From Gammaproteobacteria bacterium (GTDB lineage: Bacteria; Pseudomonadota; Gammaproteobacteria; Eutrophobiales; Eutrophobiaceae), in contig QKIY01000033.1 of assembly GCA_003250975.1 (NCBI GenBank), positions 14,086 to 78,085 of the forward strand: a stretch of DNA of 64,000 bases, in the 5' to 3' direction. The notes beneath the pieces were generated by a model. The model saw nothing but the letters and a program-made list of their open reading frames with translations, did not search any database and was not told where the DNA came from. Below are positions 1 to 7,984 of this stretch, in pieces (positions within the stretch are counted from its first letter, which is position 1; each line of letters begins with the position of its first letter). The translations under genes were made by a program, and so were the position numbers.

Positions 1-832
1 TAAGGTGGCTGTAATCGGCATGGGGATCATGGGTATAGCTACGGCTGATAATCTCGACAAGGAAGGCCTGCTTGTAGCAACCTGGAACCGTTCAGAAAAA
101 CCCGGCTTGCCGAAATTCGAGCCGAACATCCGGGAGGCTGTAAATAACGCTGACATAATATTAATCCTTGTTACCGATGATGAGGCTGTTTCCGATGTGC
201 TCGATCAGATAGAACCTGTGCTTACATCCGGACAAATTGTTATTCAGTGCAGCACCGTCAGCCCTGCCAGCAATATCTCATTTGATAAAAGAGTTACTTC
301 TACTGGTGCAGGATTCGTTGAGGCCTTGATAGGTGGCAGCAAGGTAGCTGCAATAGAAAGACAGATCATCTTTTACCTTGGCGGCAGGGACAAGGAGATC
401 CGGGCGGTCATGCCAGTACTGGATAGGATTTCAGCAAAATGTATTCATGTCGGAGAGGTGGGCAAGGCCAGTGCAGTGAAGCTTGCAATGAATCTTAACA
501 TTGCCATGCAGGTGGAGGCATTGAGTGAAAGCTTTGCCTATGCTGAACGCGCGGGCATCGATCCAGCAATTTTTTTCAACGTCCTCAGAAACAATACGGC
601 TGGAAATAAACTCAGTGAAGTAAAGGAACCCAAATTGAAAGAACATGATTTTTCTCCTCAATTTTCGGTCAAGAATATGCTCAAAGATATCAGGCTTGCT
701 CTGGCAACCGAGGCGACGGACAACGGACTGGCGCTGCTTTCTGCGACTGAGAAACTGTATGCCAGAGCAATGGAGTCTGGTTACGGCGATGAAGACATGA
801 TTGCCCTATATAAACTAATCAATAACGACTGA
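1..832 (+). CDS. NAD(P)-dependent 3-hydroxyisobutyrate / 2-hydroxy-3-oxopropionate reductase-like dehydrogenase (5' end may lie outside window)
   Basis: N-terminal Rossmann motif (K)VAVIGMGIMG and the overall HIBADH/GarR-like length and architecture. The in-frame codon before the reported GTG start is AAG, so the gene probably continues upstream. Confidence 0.7.
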   Translation, partial: KVAVIGMGIMGIATADNLDKEGLLVATWNRSEKPGLPKFEPNIREAVNNADIILILVTDDEAVSDVLDQIEPVLTSGQIVIQCSTVSPASNISFDKRVTSTGAGFVEALIGGSKVAAIERQIIFYLGGRDKEIRAVMPVLDRISAKCIHVGEVGKASAVKLAMNLNIAMQVEALSESFAYAERAGIDPAIFFNVLRNNTAGNKLSEVKEPKLKEHDFSPQFSVKNMLKDIRLALATEATDNGLALLSATEKLYARAMESGYGDEDMIALYKLINND

Positions 833-854
833 CGATAGGAAATATAATCCGCTC

Positions 855-1226
855 ATGGCAAAATTTTTCCTTTTGAGTGGTGCTCTTAATGCGCTGCTGG
901 CCATCATGCTCGGTGCCTTTGGCGCCCACGCACTCAGGGAACAACTTCAGGAACGAATGCTTGAAGTTTTCCATACTGCAAGCCAGTATCATTTTTACCA
1001 TGCTCTTGGCCTGATGATAATCGGGATGCTAGTCCTGCAATTACAACCTTCGCCCTGGTTCAAGTGGTCCGGTTGGTTGATGCTGGCCGGAATCTTGCTG
1101 TTTTCAGGGAGTCTTTACCTCCTGGCAGTCAGCCGGATTGGCTGGCTGGGTATTGTGACTCCCTTCGGAGGCACTGCCTTCATTCTGGCCTGGCTCTCGG
1201 CTTTTATCGGCCTGCTAAAAAATTAA
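855..1226 (+). CDS. DUF423 family small membrane protein
   Basis: 123 aa with 4 TM segments and the GAFGAH motif typical of DUF423 (YgdD-like). Confidence 0.6.
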   Translation: MAKFFLLSGALNALLAIMLGAFGAHALREQLQERMLEVFHTASQYHFYHALGLMIIGMLVLQLQPSPWFKWSGWLMLAGILLFSGSLYLLAVSRIGWLGIVTPFGGTAFILAWLSAFIGLLKN

Positions 1227-1249
1227 TAGTGAAAACGGGATTGAAATCG

Positions 1250-1576
1250 ATGAAATACCTTTTATTTTTATTCTGCCTTGTCTTTGCAACTGCCCATGCC
1301 GATACACGGATAGCAGAGGCCTGCCACAACCAGGCCAAGGCCTTCCTCTCGGCCTTGCAATCAGAAGTCTTCAGTGATATGAGCGAAACACAGTCGCAGA
1401 GAGTATTCACTCTGGCAATGACAACATGCGAACAGGAATTTTCCAGGGTCGAAAAGGCAGACCTGGACAATGGAGAACAGGATCGTTCCAATGACTGGTT
1501 TACAAATTATATCCTCAGGGGAGAACAGCCTGACAAGGCCGGTAATAAAAGACTCAAGCGGATGAACCGTCGTTAG
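1250..1576 (+). CDS. small secreted hypothetical protein
   Basis: Internal ATG gives MKYLLFLFCLVFATAHA, a clean signal peptide. The upstream part of the ORF-track reading frame overlaps the DUF423 gene and is probably not coding. Confidence 0.45.
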   Translation: MKYLLFLFCLVFATAHADTRIAEACHNQAKAFLSALQSEVFSDMSETQSQRVFTLAMTTCEQEFSRVEKADLDNGEQDRSNDWFTNYILRGEQPDKAGNKRLKRMNRR

Positions 1577-1974
1577 GCGGACCCAAGCCAGAGCAAAGAG
1601 ATCAACCACAGGACCAGCAGCCACAGTGCCAGGATAATCGAAACCCCGAGCACCCTTAGGCCAATGTCTTGCCCGTCCTTTGCTCCGTCCCGGTAATCAA
1701 TAATCACCTCTTCCGGTATCAGCCTGACGATCAAGGCAAGTGCTACGGGCACCAGGATGGCTTCATCCAGCAGTCCCAGTACCGGGATGAAATCAGGCAC
1801 CAGGTCAATGGGGCTGATAATATAGGCAAGCAGCATAAGCGTCAGGCACTTGATATACCAAGCTACCCGGGGATCGCGGATTGCCCGGTATAAAATATAA
1901 GCATTTGATTTAAATGCTATAATATTTTTTGTGAGTTTCATGTTCCCGGTGACCACTGTCTCCAATATTTTCAC
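1573..1974 (-). CDS. DUF1232 (YkvA-like) membrane protein
   Basis: Motif ISPIDLVPDFIPVLGLLDE, the hallmark of DUF1232, plus 2 TM segments. Confidence 0.65.
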   Translation of the reverse strand: MKILETVVTGNMKLTKNIIAFKSNAYILYRAIRDPRVAWYIKCLTLMLLAYIISPIDLVPDFIPVLGLLDEAILVPVALALIVRLIPEEVIIDYRDGAKDGQDIGLRVLGVSIILALWLLVLWLISLLWLGSA

Positions 1975-2043
1975 GACGACAATACATGAATAATCCGGAA
2001 CTCTTTACTAACCAGCTCAACTAGACAACAAGGCTTTTCAATC

Positions 2044-2805
2044 ATGGTTATAGATAATATACCGCTGTTCGCGGAGAGGCTCCGCAATGGAGAGATGCTC
2101 ATTGGCACACTGATCAGCCTGCCATCGCCGGAAGTCACCGAAATATTGTCAAAAACAGGTTTTGACTGGTTATTTATCGATGCAGAGCACGGCGCCTTCA
2201 ATCCACAAGAGGCGCAGGCGTTATTACAGGCCGCAGGTCAATGCCCTTGTGTGGTCAGGGTGCCCTCGGATGATGAAGTCTGGATCAAGAAGGCACTTGA
2301 TATCGGTGCAGCAGGCCTGATATTTCCACAGGTACACACGGCTGAGCAGGTCCGTAACATTGTGAACCGGTGTAAATATTCTCCCGAGGGCTCACGTGGT
2401 ATTGGTATAGGTAGGGCCCATAATTATGGCCTGAGTTTTGAAGAATATCTCGAGACCGCAAACCGGAACACAGCCATCATAATACAGGCTGAAAGCCGGC
2501 AGGCAGTGGAAAATATCGGGGAAATAACCGATGTTCCCGGAATCGATGCCATATTGATTGGTCCCAATGACTTGGCAGCCAGCCTGGGCAAGAGAGGAAA
2601 ACTGACAGACCCCGAAGTGGAATCCGCAATCGAACAGATATCACATACGTGTTTATCTAAAAATATTAAACTGGGTTTCTTCGGGACCAGTGCGGAATCG
2701 GTCAAGCCCTGTATGCAAAAAGGTTTTACACTGATAACACTGGGTGTCGATTCCCTGTTTTTAATCAAAGCAGCAAAAGAATCCCTGAGTATGCTACATG
2801 GCTAG
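2044..2805 (+). CDS. HpcH/HpaI-family 2-keto-3-deoxy-acid aldolase
   Basis: 253 aa with FIDAEHG and the conserved layout of the HpcH/HpaI / 2-dehydro-3-deoxyglucarate aldolase family. Confidence 0.7.
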   Translation: MVIDNIPLFAERLRNGEMLIGTLISLPSPEVTEILSKTGFDWLFIDAEHGAFNPQEAQALLQAAGQCPCVVRVPSDDEVWIKKALDIGAAGLIFPQVHTAEQVRNIVNRCKYSPEGSRGIGIGRAHNYGLSFEEYLETANRNTAIIIQAESRQAVENIGEITDVPGIDAILIGPNDLAASLGKRGKLTDPEVESAIEQISHTCLSKNIKLGFFGTSAESVKPCMQKGFTLITLGVDSLFLIKAAKESLSMLHG

Positions 2806-3160
2806 AAAAACATTCATGAGCCTTGGTACTATAAACACTATACTGAATACCGCGCCTCTCATAATCCAGGGGGCAACAAGGCTATTGAAGGCCATAAAGG
2901 AAAAAAACAGCATGGAATCGAAGGAAAATGATATTCCTGCTACTGTGGAGGGGATTAAAAACGAGCTGGAACGCGTCAACAAGCGGCTAGAAGATACATC
3001 GAATACGACCATTGAACAGATCAGGCTGATTGAAGAACTGGCAAAACAGAATGAACTCCTCGCAGAATCCCTTCAGAAGCTGAACAGGAAAAGCAACCTG
3101 ATTGCACTGATATCTATTATTGCCATTTTCTTCGTGCTGTTATATCTGTTTCTCGCATAA
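2798..3160 (+). CDS. small coiled-coil protein with C-terminal transmembrane anchor (hypothetical)
   Basis: 120 aa with a heptad-like charged middle region (ELERVNKRLEDT...LIEELAKQNELLAESLQKL) and a single C-terminal TM. It overlaps the upstream gene by 8 nt. Confidence 0.4.
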   Translation: MARKTFMSLGTINTILNTAPLIIQGATRLLKAIKEKNSMESKENDIPATVEGIKNELERVNKRLEDTSNTTIEQIRLIEELAKQNELLAESLQKLNRKSNLIALISIIAIFFVLLYLFLA

Positions 3161-3187
3161 ACAGATCCTGCTTGAGCTCTCTCTGCC

Positions 3188-3943
3188 ATGTATGAAATAT
3201 GCCCAAAATGCAACTATAAGCGCCAGGATTCCGATGATTGCAGCATGGATCAATGTCCTGCCTGTGGCATTCTGTTTTCCAAGTGGATGAAGCGACAATT
3301 CGGACAAGACAGCAGTCCGCTGCCTGCTCATCCAGGAAACGATACAAGCATCCTTGTCAGGTTAAAGGATGTCCTGTTATACGTTGATCCCGACACAGGG
3401 CCTGTCCGGTTTTACGGCAATCTGTGCATATATGTCTTTTTTCTGGCCTGGGGATGGCAATTCATAAAAATGGATTATTCCATTAACCCCTATGAGATAG
3501 CTGATTCTTTCATGCACAATATCAACCTTGTTTTTCATGAGGCGGGGCATGTTGTATTCAGGCCATTCGGCCGGTTTATGATGATACTTGGGGGCTCGTT
3601 GATGCAGCTTCTGGTACCTGCTGTAGTTTTGCTGAGCTTTATCTTTAAAAACAGGGATAATTTTGCAGCGTCAATCGGCCTCTGGTGGCTGGGGCAAAGC
3701 CTTGTAGACCTTGCTCCCTATATTGACGATGCGATGGAACAGAAACTCGTATTACTTGGAGGACGTACAGGTGCAGACTCACCGGGCAGTCATGACTGGA
3801 ATAATATATTGATAGAATTCAATGTGCTTGAAAGATACCATGAGTATGCAAGGTTCGCCGATTTACTAGGTACCGCAATCATTCTCCTGGCTCTTGCATG
3901 GGGCGCTGTTATCCTTGTCAAACAATATAAACATCAGTATTAA
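3188..3943 (+). CDS. membrane metalloprotease-like protein with N-terminal zinc ribbon (HExxH in TM segment)
   Basis: N-terminal CPKC...CPAC zinc ribbon. A membrane-embedded FHEAGHVV (HExxH) motif and a downstream LVDLAPYIDD resemble the S2P/M50-like intramembrane zincin arrangement. Confidence 0.5.
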   Translation: MYEICPKCNYKRQDSDDCSMDQCPACGILFSKWMKRQFGQDSSPLPAHPGNDTSILVRLKDVLLYVDPDTGPVRFYGNLCIYVFFLAWGWQFIKMDYSINPYEIADSFMHNINLVFHEAGHVVFRPFGRFMMILGGSLMQLLVPAVVLLSFIFKNRDNFAASIGLWWLGQSLVDLAPYIDDAMEQKLVLLGGRTGADSPGSHDWNNILIEFNVLERYHEYARFADLLGTAIILLALAWGAVILVKQYKHQY

Positions 3944-3965
3944 CAAATCCGGGTTGTGTACGAGT

Positions 3966-5408
3966 GTGACATACAGAACCGTTTATATATTATTTATTAC
4001 ATTTTTTTATATCACAGATATCTCTTCTGCTTATGCCTATAGTCCCGAGACAGAGCCGTCTCTTCCGGAAGAAATAACATCTTTATTCCAGAGGCACAAA
4101 ATTCCTCTTGATTCCATCAGTCTCTATATTATCGATCCTTTAAGCAAAGAGCCCCTGTTGCTGTTTAATGAAGATACACCACGTAATCCCGCCTCTACTA
4201 TCAAGTTACTTACAACGATGGCCGCACTGGAAATCCTTGGTCCTTCTTATGTCTGGCAAACTGATTTTTATATTGATGGTAAACTTGATGATGGCAGGCT
4301 TGATGGTGATCTTATACTAAAGGGTGGCGGTGATCCCTTTCTTTCAAAAGAGAACCTATGGCATATTCTATTCAGTCTCCAGGCGCGAGGCATCAGGCAT
4401 ATCGAGGGAGACCTTGTCATAGATGACAGCCTGTTTGAAGATGAATCAGGATCACCAGCTGATTTCGATAACAAGCCCTATCGAGTTTACAATATATTTC
4501 CTGATGCGGCCCTTGTGAATTTCAATGCCCAGGAATTTATCTTAATTCCAGATGCTGATAAGGTTCATATATACACGGATCCCCCGGCTGCCAATCTGCA
4601 CATTGATAACAAGGTTAAACCCGCCAAGGGCAATTGTTTTGCAAACAAAAAGCCCCTGATACTTCATATAACGCACCATGCAGATGAGACAGTGGCCAGA
4701 TTTTCAGGTGACTATCCGGTGGATTGTGGTGAAAAAAATATTATCCGTTCCGTGCTTCCACAGGATGAATATATATATGGGGTATTCAAGTCCATGTGGC
4801 AGCAACTGGGAGGCACATTATCAGGCTCTTACAGAAATGCCAGTCAGCAATTCTCAGGTGACCCCTTCTATTCGTGGCAATCCCTGCCATTGAGCGAGAT
4901 CATAAAAGATATCAATAAATACAGTAACAACGTCATGTCCCGCCAGTTACTGCTGACAATGGCAATGGAGTCCAGGGGTATACCGGGTAACAGGGATTCG
5001 GGTATAGAAGCAGTAAAAAACTGGCTCGAAAGCATCAATATACATGCGCCTGAATTGTTGATAGAAAATGGCTCAGGCCTTTCGCGCAAAAGCAGGATCA
5101 CGGCAAAACACCTTGGAAAACTGCTGGAGTATGCCTATCAAAGCCCCTTGCAACCAGAATTCATGGCCTCATTTCCCCTTGCAGGCAATGATGGAACCAT
5201 GCGCAAACGACTCAACGGTGACATGCCGGCTGGAAGCGCAAGGATTAAAACCGGCCTGCTTGACGATGTCAGAACTATGGCCGGTTATATTCGTAGCAGG
5301 AATGGCAGGGAATTTATAGTAATAGCTTTACAAAATTACCCGGGTATTCACAAACAGATCGGAACTGAAATCCAGGACGAGATTATCCACTGGCTCTTTA
5401 ACCAATAG
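3966..5408 (+). CDS. dacB: D-alanyl-D-alanine carboxypeptidase/endopeptidase (PBP4, peptidase S13)
   Basis: ASTIKLLTT (SxxK active site) and overall PBP4 similarity. The start is uncertain: the GTG at 3966 gives a plausible signal peptide (TYRTVYILFITFFYITDISSAYA), whereas the ORF-track start at 3894 overlaps the upstream gene. Confidence 0.8.
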   Translation: MTYRTVYILFITFFYITDISSAYAYSPETEPSLPEEITSLFQRHKIPLDSISLYIIDPLSKEPLLLFNEDTPRNPASTIKLLTTMAALEILGPSYVWQTDFYIDGKLDDGRLDGDLILKGGGDPFLSKENLWHILFSLQARGIRHIEGDLVIDDSLFEDESGSPADFDNKPYRVYNIFPDAALVNFNAQEFILIPDADKVHIYTDPPAANLHIDNKVKPAKGNCFANKKPLILHITHHADETVARFSGDYPVDCGEKNIIRSVLPQDEYIYGVFKSMWQQLGGTLSGSYRNASQQFSGDPFYSWQSLPLSEIIKDINKYSNNVMSRQLLLTMAMESRGIPGNRDSGIEAVKNWLESINIHAPELLIENGSGLSRKSRITAKHLGKLLEYAYQSPLQPEFMASFPLAGNDGTMRKRLNGDMPAGSARIKTGLLDDVRTMAGYIRSRNGREFIVIALQNYPGIHKQIGTEIQDEIIHWLFNQ

Positions 5409-5423
5409 TATTGTCAGCAGACA

Positions 5424-6188
5424 TCAGTTCTCATACCGGCCATGTGGATTCCCTTTATGCCGGTTTCCGTTTTCATTCTCCTTATCGCTATTATGTTTGT
5501 TATGCCTTTCATCAGGTTCTCTATTTGCCTGATGATCGTAATTTACATTACCATGGCTATTCCTGCCGTCCGGCTTCCCAGCCCTGTCATCTGACTTCAC
5601 ATGTCTATCATCCGGTCTTCCAGTCCTGTCATCTGACTTCACATGTCTATCATCCGGTCTTCCAGTCCTGTCATCTGACTTCACATGCCTGTCATCCGGT
5701 CTTCCAGTCCTGTCATCTGACTTCACATGCCTGTCATCCGGCTTCCCAGCCCTGTCATCCCGCTTCCCATGCCTGTCATCCGATCGGTTATTCTTGTACC
5801 CCTTTTTGTGATCTTCCCTTGATCTGTAATGTTTATCACGGGAATGATGACCCTCGACAAATTTTTTCGGGAGTTTCTTCTCGCTGTATTTCTTCCAGCC
5901 TTTGTCCAGGTCTCTGCTCCTGTACCAGTGATCATGATCATACCTGTAATAATGACCACCGAAATAATAATAATCAGGGAAACCGATAACAACATAGACT
6001 CCTAGATAAGAGTCATATACCAGATCATGGCCATGATGCTTGTGCCTATAACCGTGCGCCGGTGCATGCGGCGGGGGGCCAGCATCATGATCATGATAAT
6101 ATGCATGGTGATGATGAGGCACAATTTCACATCCTGTCAGCATTAAAGCGAACATCACAAGGCCGCAAATTACGTATATCTTCTTCAT
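5424..6188 (-). CDS. His-rich, highly charged repeat lipoprotein (hypothetical, possible periplasmic metal-binding protein)
   Basis: MKKIYVICGLVMFALMLTGC is a signal peptide with lipobox. An HHHH / HxH-rich N-terminal region is followed by roughly 4.5 tandem copies of the 14-aa unit DDRHVKSDDRTGRP. Confidence 0.6.
   Translation of the reverse strand: MKKIYVICGLVMFALMLTGCEIVPHHHHAYYHDHDAGPPPHAPAHGYRHKHHGHDLVYDSYLGVYVVIGFPDYYYFGGHYYRYDHDHWYRSRDLDKGWKKYSEKKLPKKFVEGHHSRDKHYRSREDHKKGYKNNRSDDRHGKRDDRAGKPDDRHVKSDDRTGRPDDRHVKSDDRTGRPDDRHVKSDDRTGRPDDRHVKSDDRAGKPDGRNSHGNVNYDHQANREPDERHNKHNSDKENENGNRHKGNPHGRYEN
5563..5790. repeat. 42-bp tandem direct repeat (about 4.5 copies, with a 21-bp sub-periodicity) inside the lipoprotein CDS
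   Basis: ctgtcatctgacttcacatgtctatcatccggtcttccagtc is repeated head-to-tail, seen directly in the sequence. The repeat is in-frame (42 = 14 codons). Confidence 0.9.
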
Positions 6189-6317
6189 CACGATCAACAC
6201 CTCGTATTTAATTAATGGACTATTGATAATCCTATCATCCGATTATCCGGTGATAGCAAATTAGACAGGGAGACTGCGAAAAGTATCAATGCATGAAGTG
6301 TATTTTAGTGAGTCTTG

Positions 6318-7856
6318 TCACATTTCAGGCCAGTCCATGACCTTTTTATCCATTAACAGATTTAGTGTCAGGCGTATCCCGAATCCGGTTGTATCTGTAG
6401 GAACATGCGCAAGCCCGCCTTTGCGGTTACTGCTCGATAAATCCACATGAATCCACGGGACATTGTTTTTCACGAACCTCTGCAGAAAACGTGAGGCAAG
6501 AATGTGATCCATGCCCGATTCACGTGAGCATTGTTTTATATCCGCAATATTGCTCTCCAATAACTTGTCATAGTCCTCATCCATAGGAAACGGCCAGACA
6601 CGTTCCCCGCTATCCTTGCCGGCCTCTATCAATACCGGGTTAAGTGCTTCCCTGTTAGTAAAAATGCCACTGTAGGCTGTTCCTAGAGAGTAAATACAGG
6701 CTCCGGTCAAGGTTGCATAGTCAATGATTAGGGACGGTTTTTCCTTCGAGGCCAGCACCAGGGTATCGCACAGGACCATGCGGCCCTCGGCATCGGTATG
6801 GACAACTTCGATGGTCGTGCCGTCACATGCCGTTACCACATCATTCTGTTTATAGGCCTTTGGCCCGATATGATTCATGGCAAGAGCAAGCCAGCACTCT
6901 ACTGGGTAATTCACCTTGAGGCGGCTCAGGGCCAGTAATGTCCCCAGTGCAACGGCACTGCCCTGCATATCTTCATGCATGCCAAACATATAATTGGCAG
7001 GCTTCAGGTTGGTCCCTCCCGTGTCATAGCAGATCCCCTTACCCACCAGGCTGAGCTTTCTTTTAGCCGATGATCTGTTTTGAGGCCGGTATATCAATCG
7101 GACAATGCCGGCATCGGCAACGGGGCTGCCCTGGGCTACAGCGATAAAGGCGCCCGCTTTTTTCTTTTTAAGCAACTCAAGATTGTAAAACTGCAATTGC
7201 CAATCATTGACTTTGGCCAATTTTTTCACTTCTTTCAGATAGTCAGTGGGCGTCAATGAATTAGGAGGAAGCATACTGAGACTGCGCGCCAAAGCATTTC
7301 CCTCCGCTTCCGCAAAACTACGTTTGAATCCATGTGCCGTTTTGACCCCAAAAATATTTATCTTGTTCAGTACTGGCCCTTTTCTGTCTTTGCCGGACTT
7401 GAATTCAGGCATTTCGGCGACTGCTGCGAGCATCGCGGATATCACAGCTTCTGCCATGCGCTCAGCAGCATCCATATTGTAACCATATAGAATTACACCA
7501 AGCTCCTGTCCGTGAAAATCCCTATGTTGTTTTATCAGATCAGCCGCAATACCCAGTAATTCGAAGCTGCTGATTTCCGGATCGATGCAGGCGAATGCAA
7601 GATGCGTGATATTTCTATTTGGCAGGTCACAGGAGAACACGGTTTTGTTGGAAAATTTTTTATTCAGCTGCTTTCTGCGTAAATCTATAAATTCACCGTA
7701 AGGTAAGTTTTTGATGGACGGTAATGTAATGTTACCCGGCACCACTATGATCCAGTTTGCTGTTTTATCGACTCGTGCTTTATCGGGTAACTCAGGATGC
7801 TGCTGTAATTTTATTTTCATCAAATTGGTCCGGAATTTAATAATATTGCCCTGCAT
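6318..7856 (-). CDS. pepA: M17 family leucyl aminopeptidase
   Basis: NTDAEGR-type signature (HTDAEGRMVLCDTL) and GKGICYDTGG. Confidence 0.8.
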   Translation of the reverse strand: MQGNIIKFRTNLMKIKLQQHPELPDKARVDKTANWIIVVPGNITLPSIKNLPYGEFIDLRRKQLNKKFSNKTVFSCDLPNRNITHLAFACIDPEISSFELLGIAADLIKQHRDFHGQELGVILYGYNMDAAERMAEAVISAMLAAVAEMPEFKSGKDRKGPVLNKINIFGVKTAHGFKRSFAEAEGNALARSLSMLPPNSLTPTDYLKEVKKLAKVNDWQLQFYNLELLKKKKAGAFIAVAQGSPVADAGIVRLIYRPQNRSSAKRKLSLVGKGICYDTGGTNLKPANYMFGMHEDMQGSAVALGTLLALSRLKVNYPVECWLALAMNHIGPKAYKQNDVVTACDGTTIEVVHTDAEGRMVLCDTLVLASKEKPSLIIDYATLTGACIYSLGTAYSGIFTNREALNPVLIEAGKDSGERVWPFPMDEDYDKLLESNIADIKQCSRESGMDHILASRFLQRFVKNNVPWIHVDLSSSNRKGGLAHVPTDTTGFGIRLTLNLLMDKKVMDWPEM

Positions 7857-7984
7857 TATAAATGATAACGGCCTTCAGGCGTGAGCGGGCAACAATACAT
7901 TTTATAAAATAATCTCTAAACTGATATTATGAGTAAAAATAAATCCAGAACGGATTGAAGAATCTAAAATCCTATGGTAAGTCC
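7857..7984. promoter_or_regulatory. divergent intergenic region between the aminopeptidase gene and aceE (probable promoters)
   Basis: AT-rich 128-bp gap between two divergently oriented genes. No specific -10/-35 hexamers assigned. Confidence 0.3.

Noticed and set aside
5563-5790. Possible CRISPR array (regular direct repeats)
   Set aside because: The repeats are contiguous with no spacers, are exactly in-frame (42 nt) inside a CDS, and no cas genes are present.
5411-5989. 192-aa + strand ORF (His/Cys/Ser/Pro-rich) across the 42-bp repeat region
   Set aside because: It is antisense to the lipoprotein ORF, which has a proper signal peptide and lipobox and extends well beyond the repeats. 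The + frame is kept open only by the repeats and has no start context.
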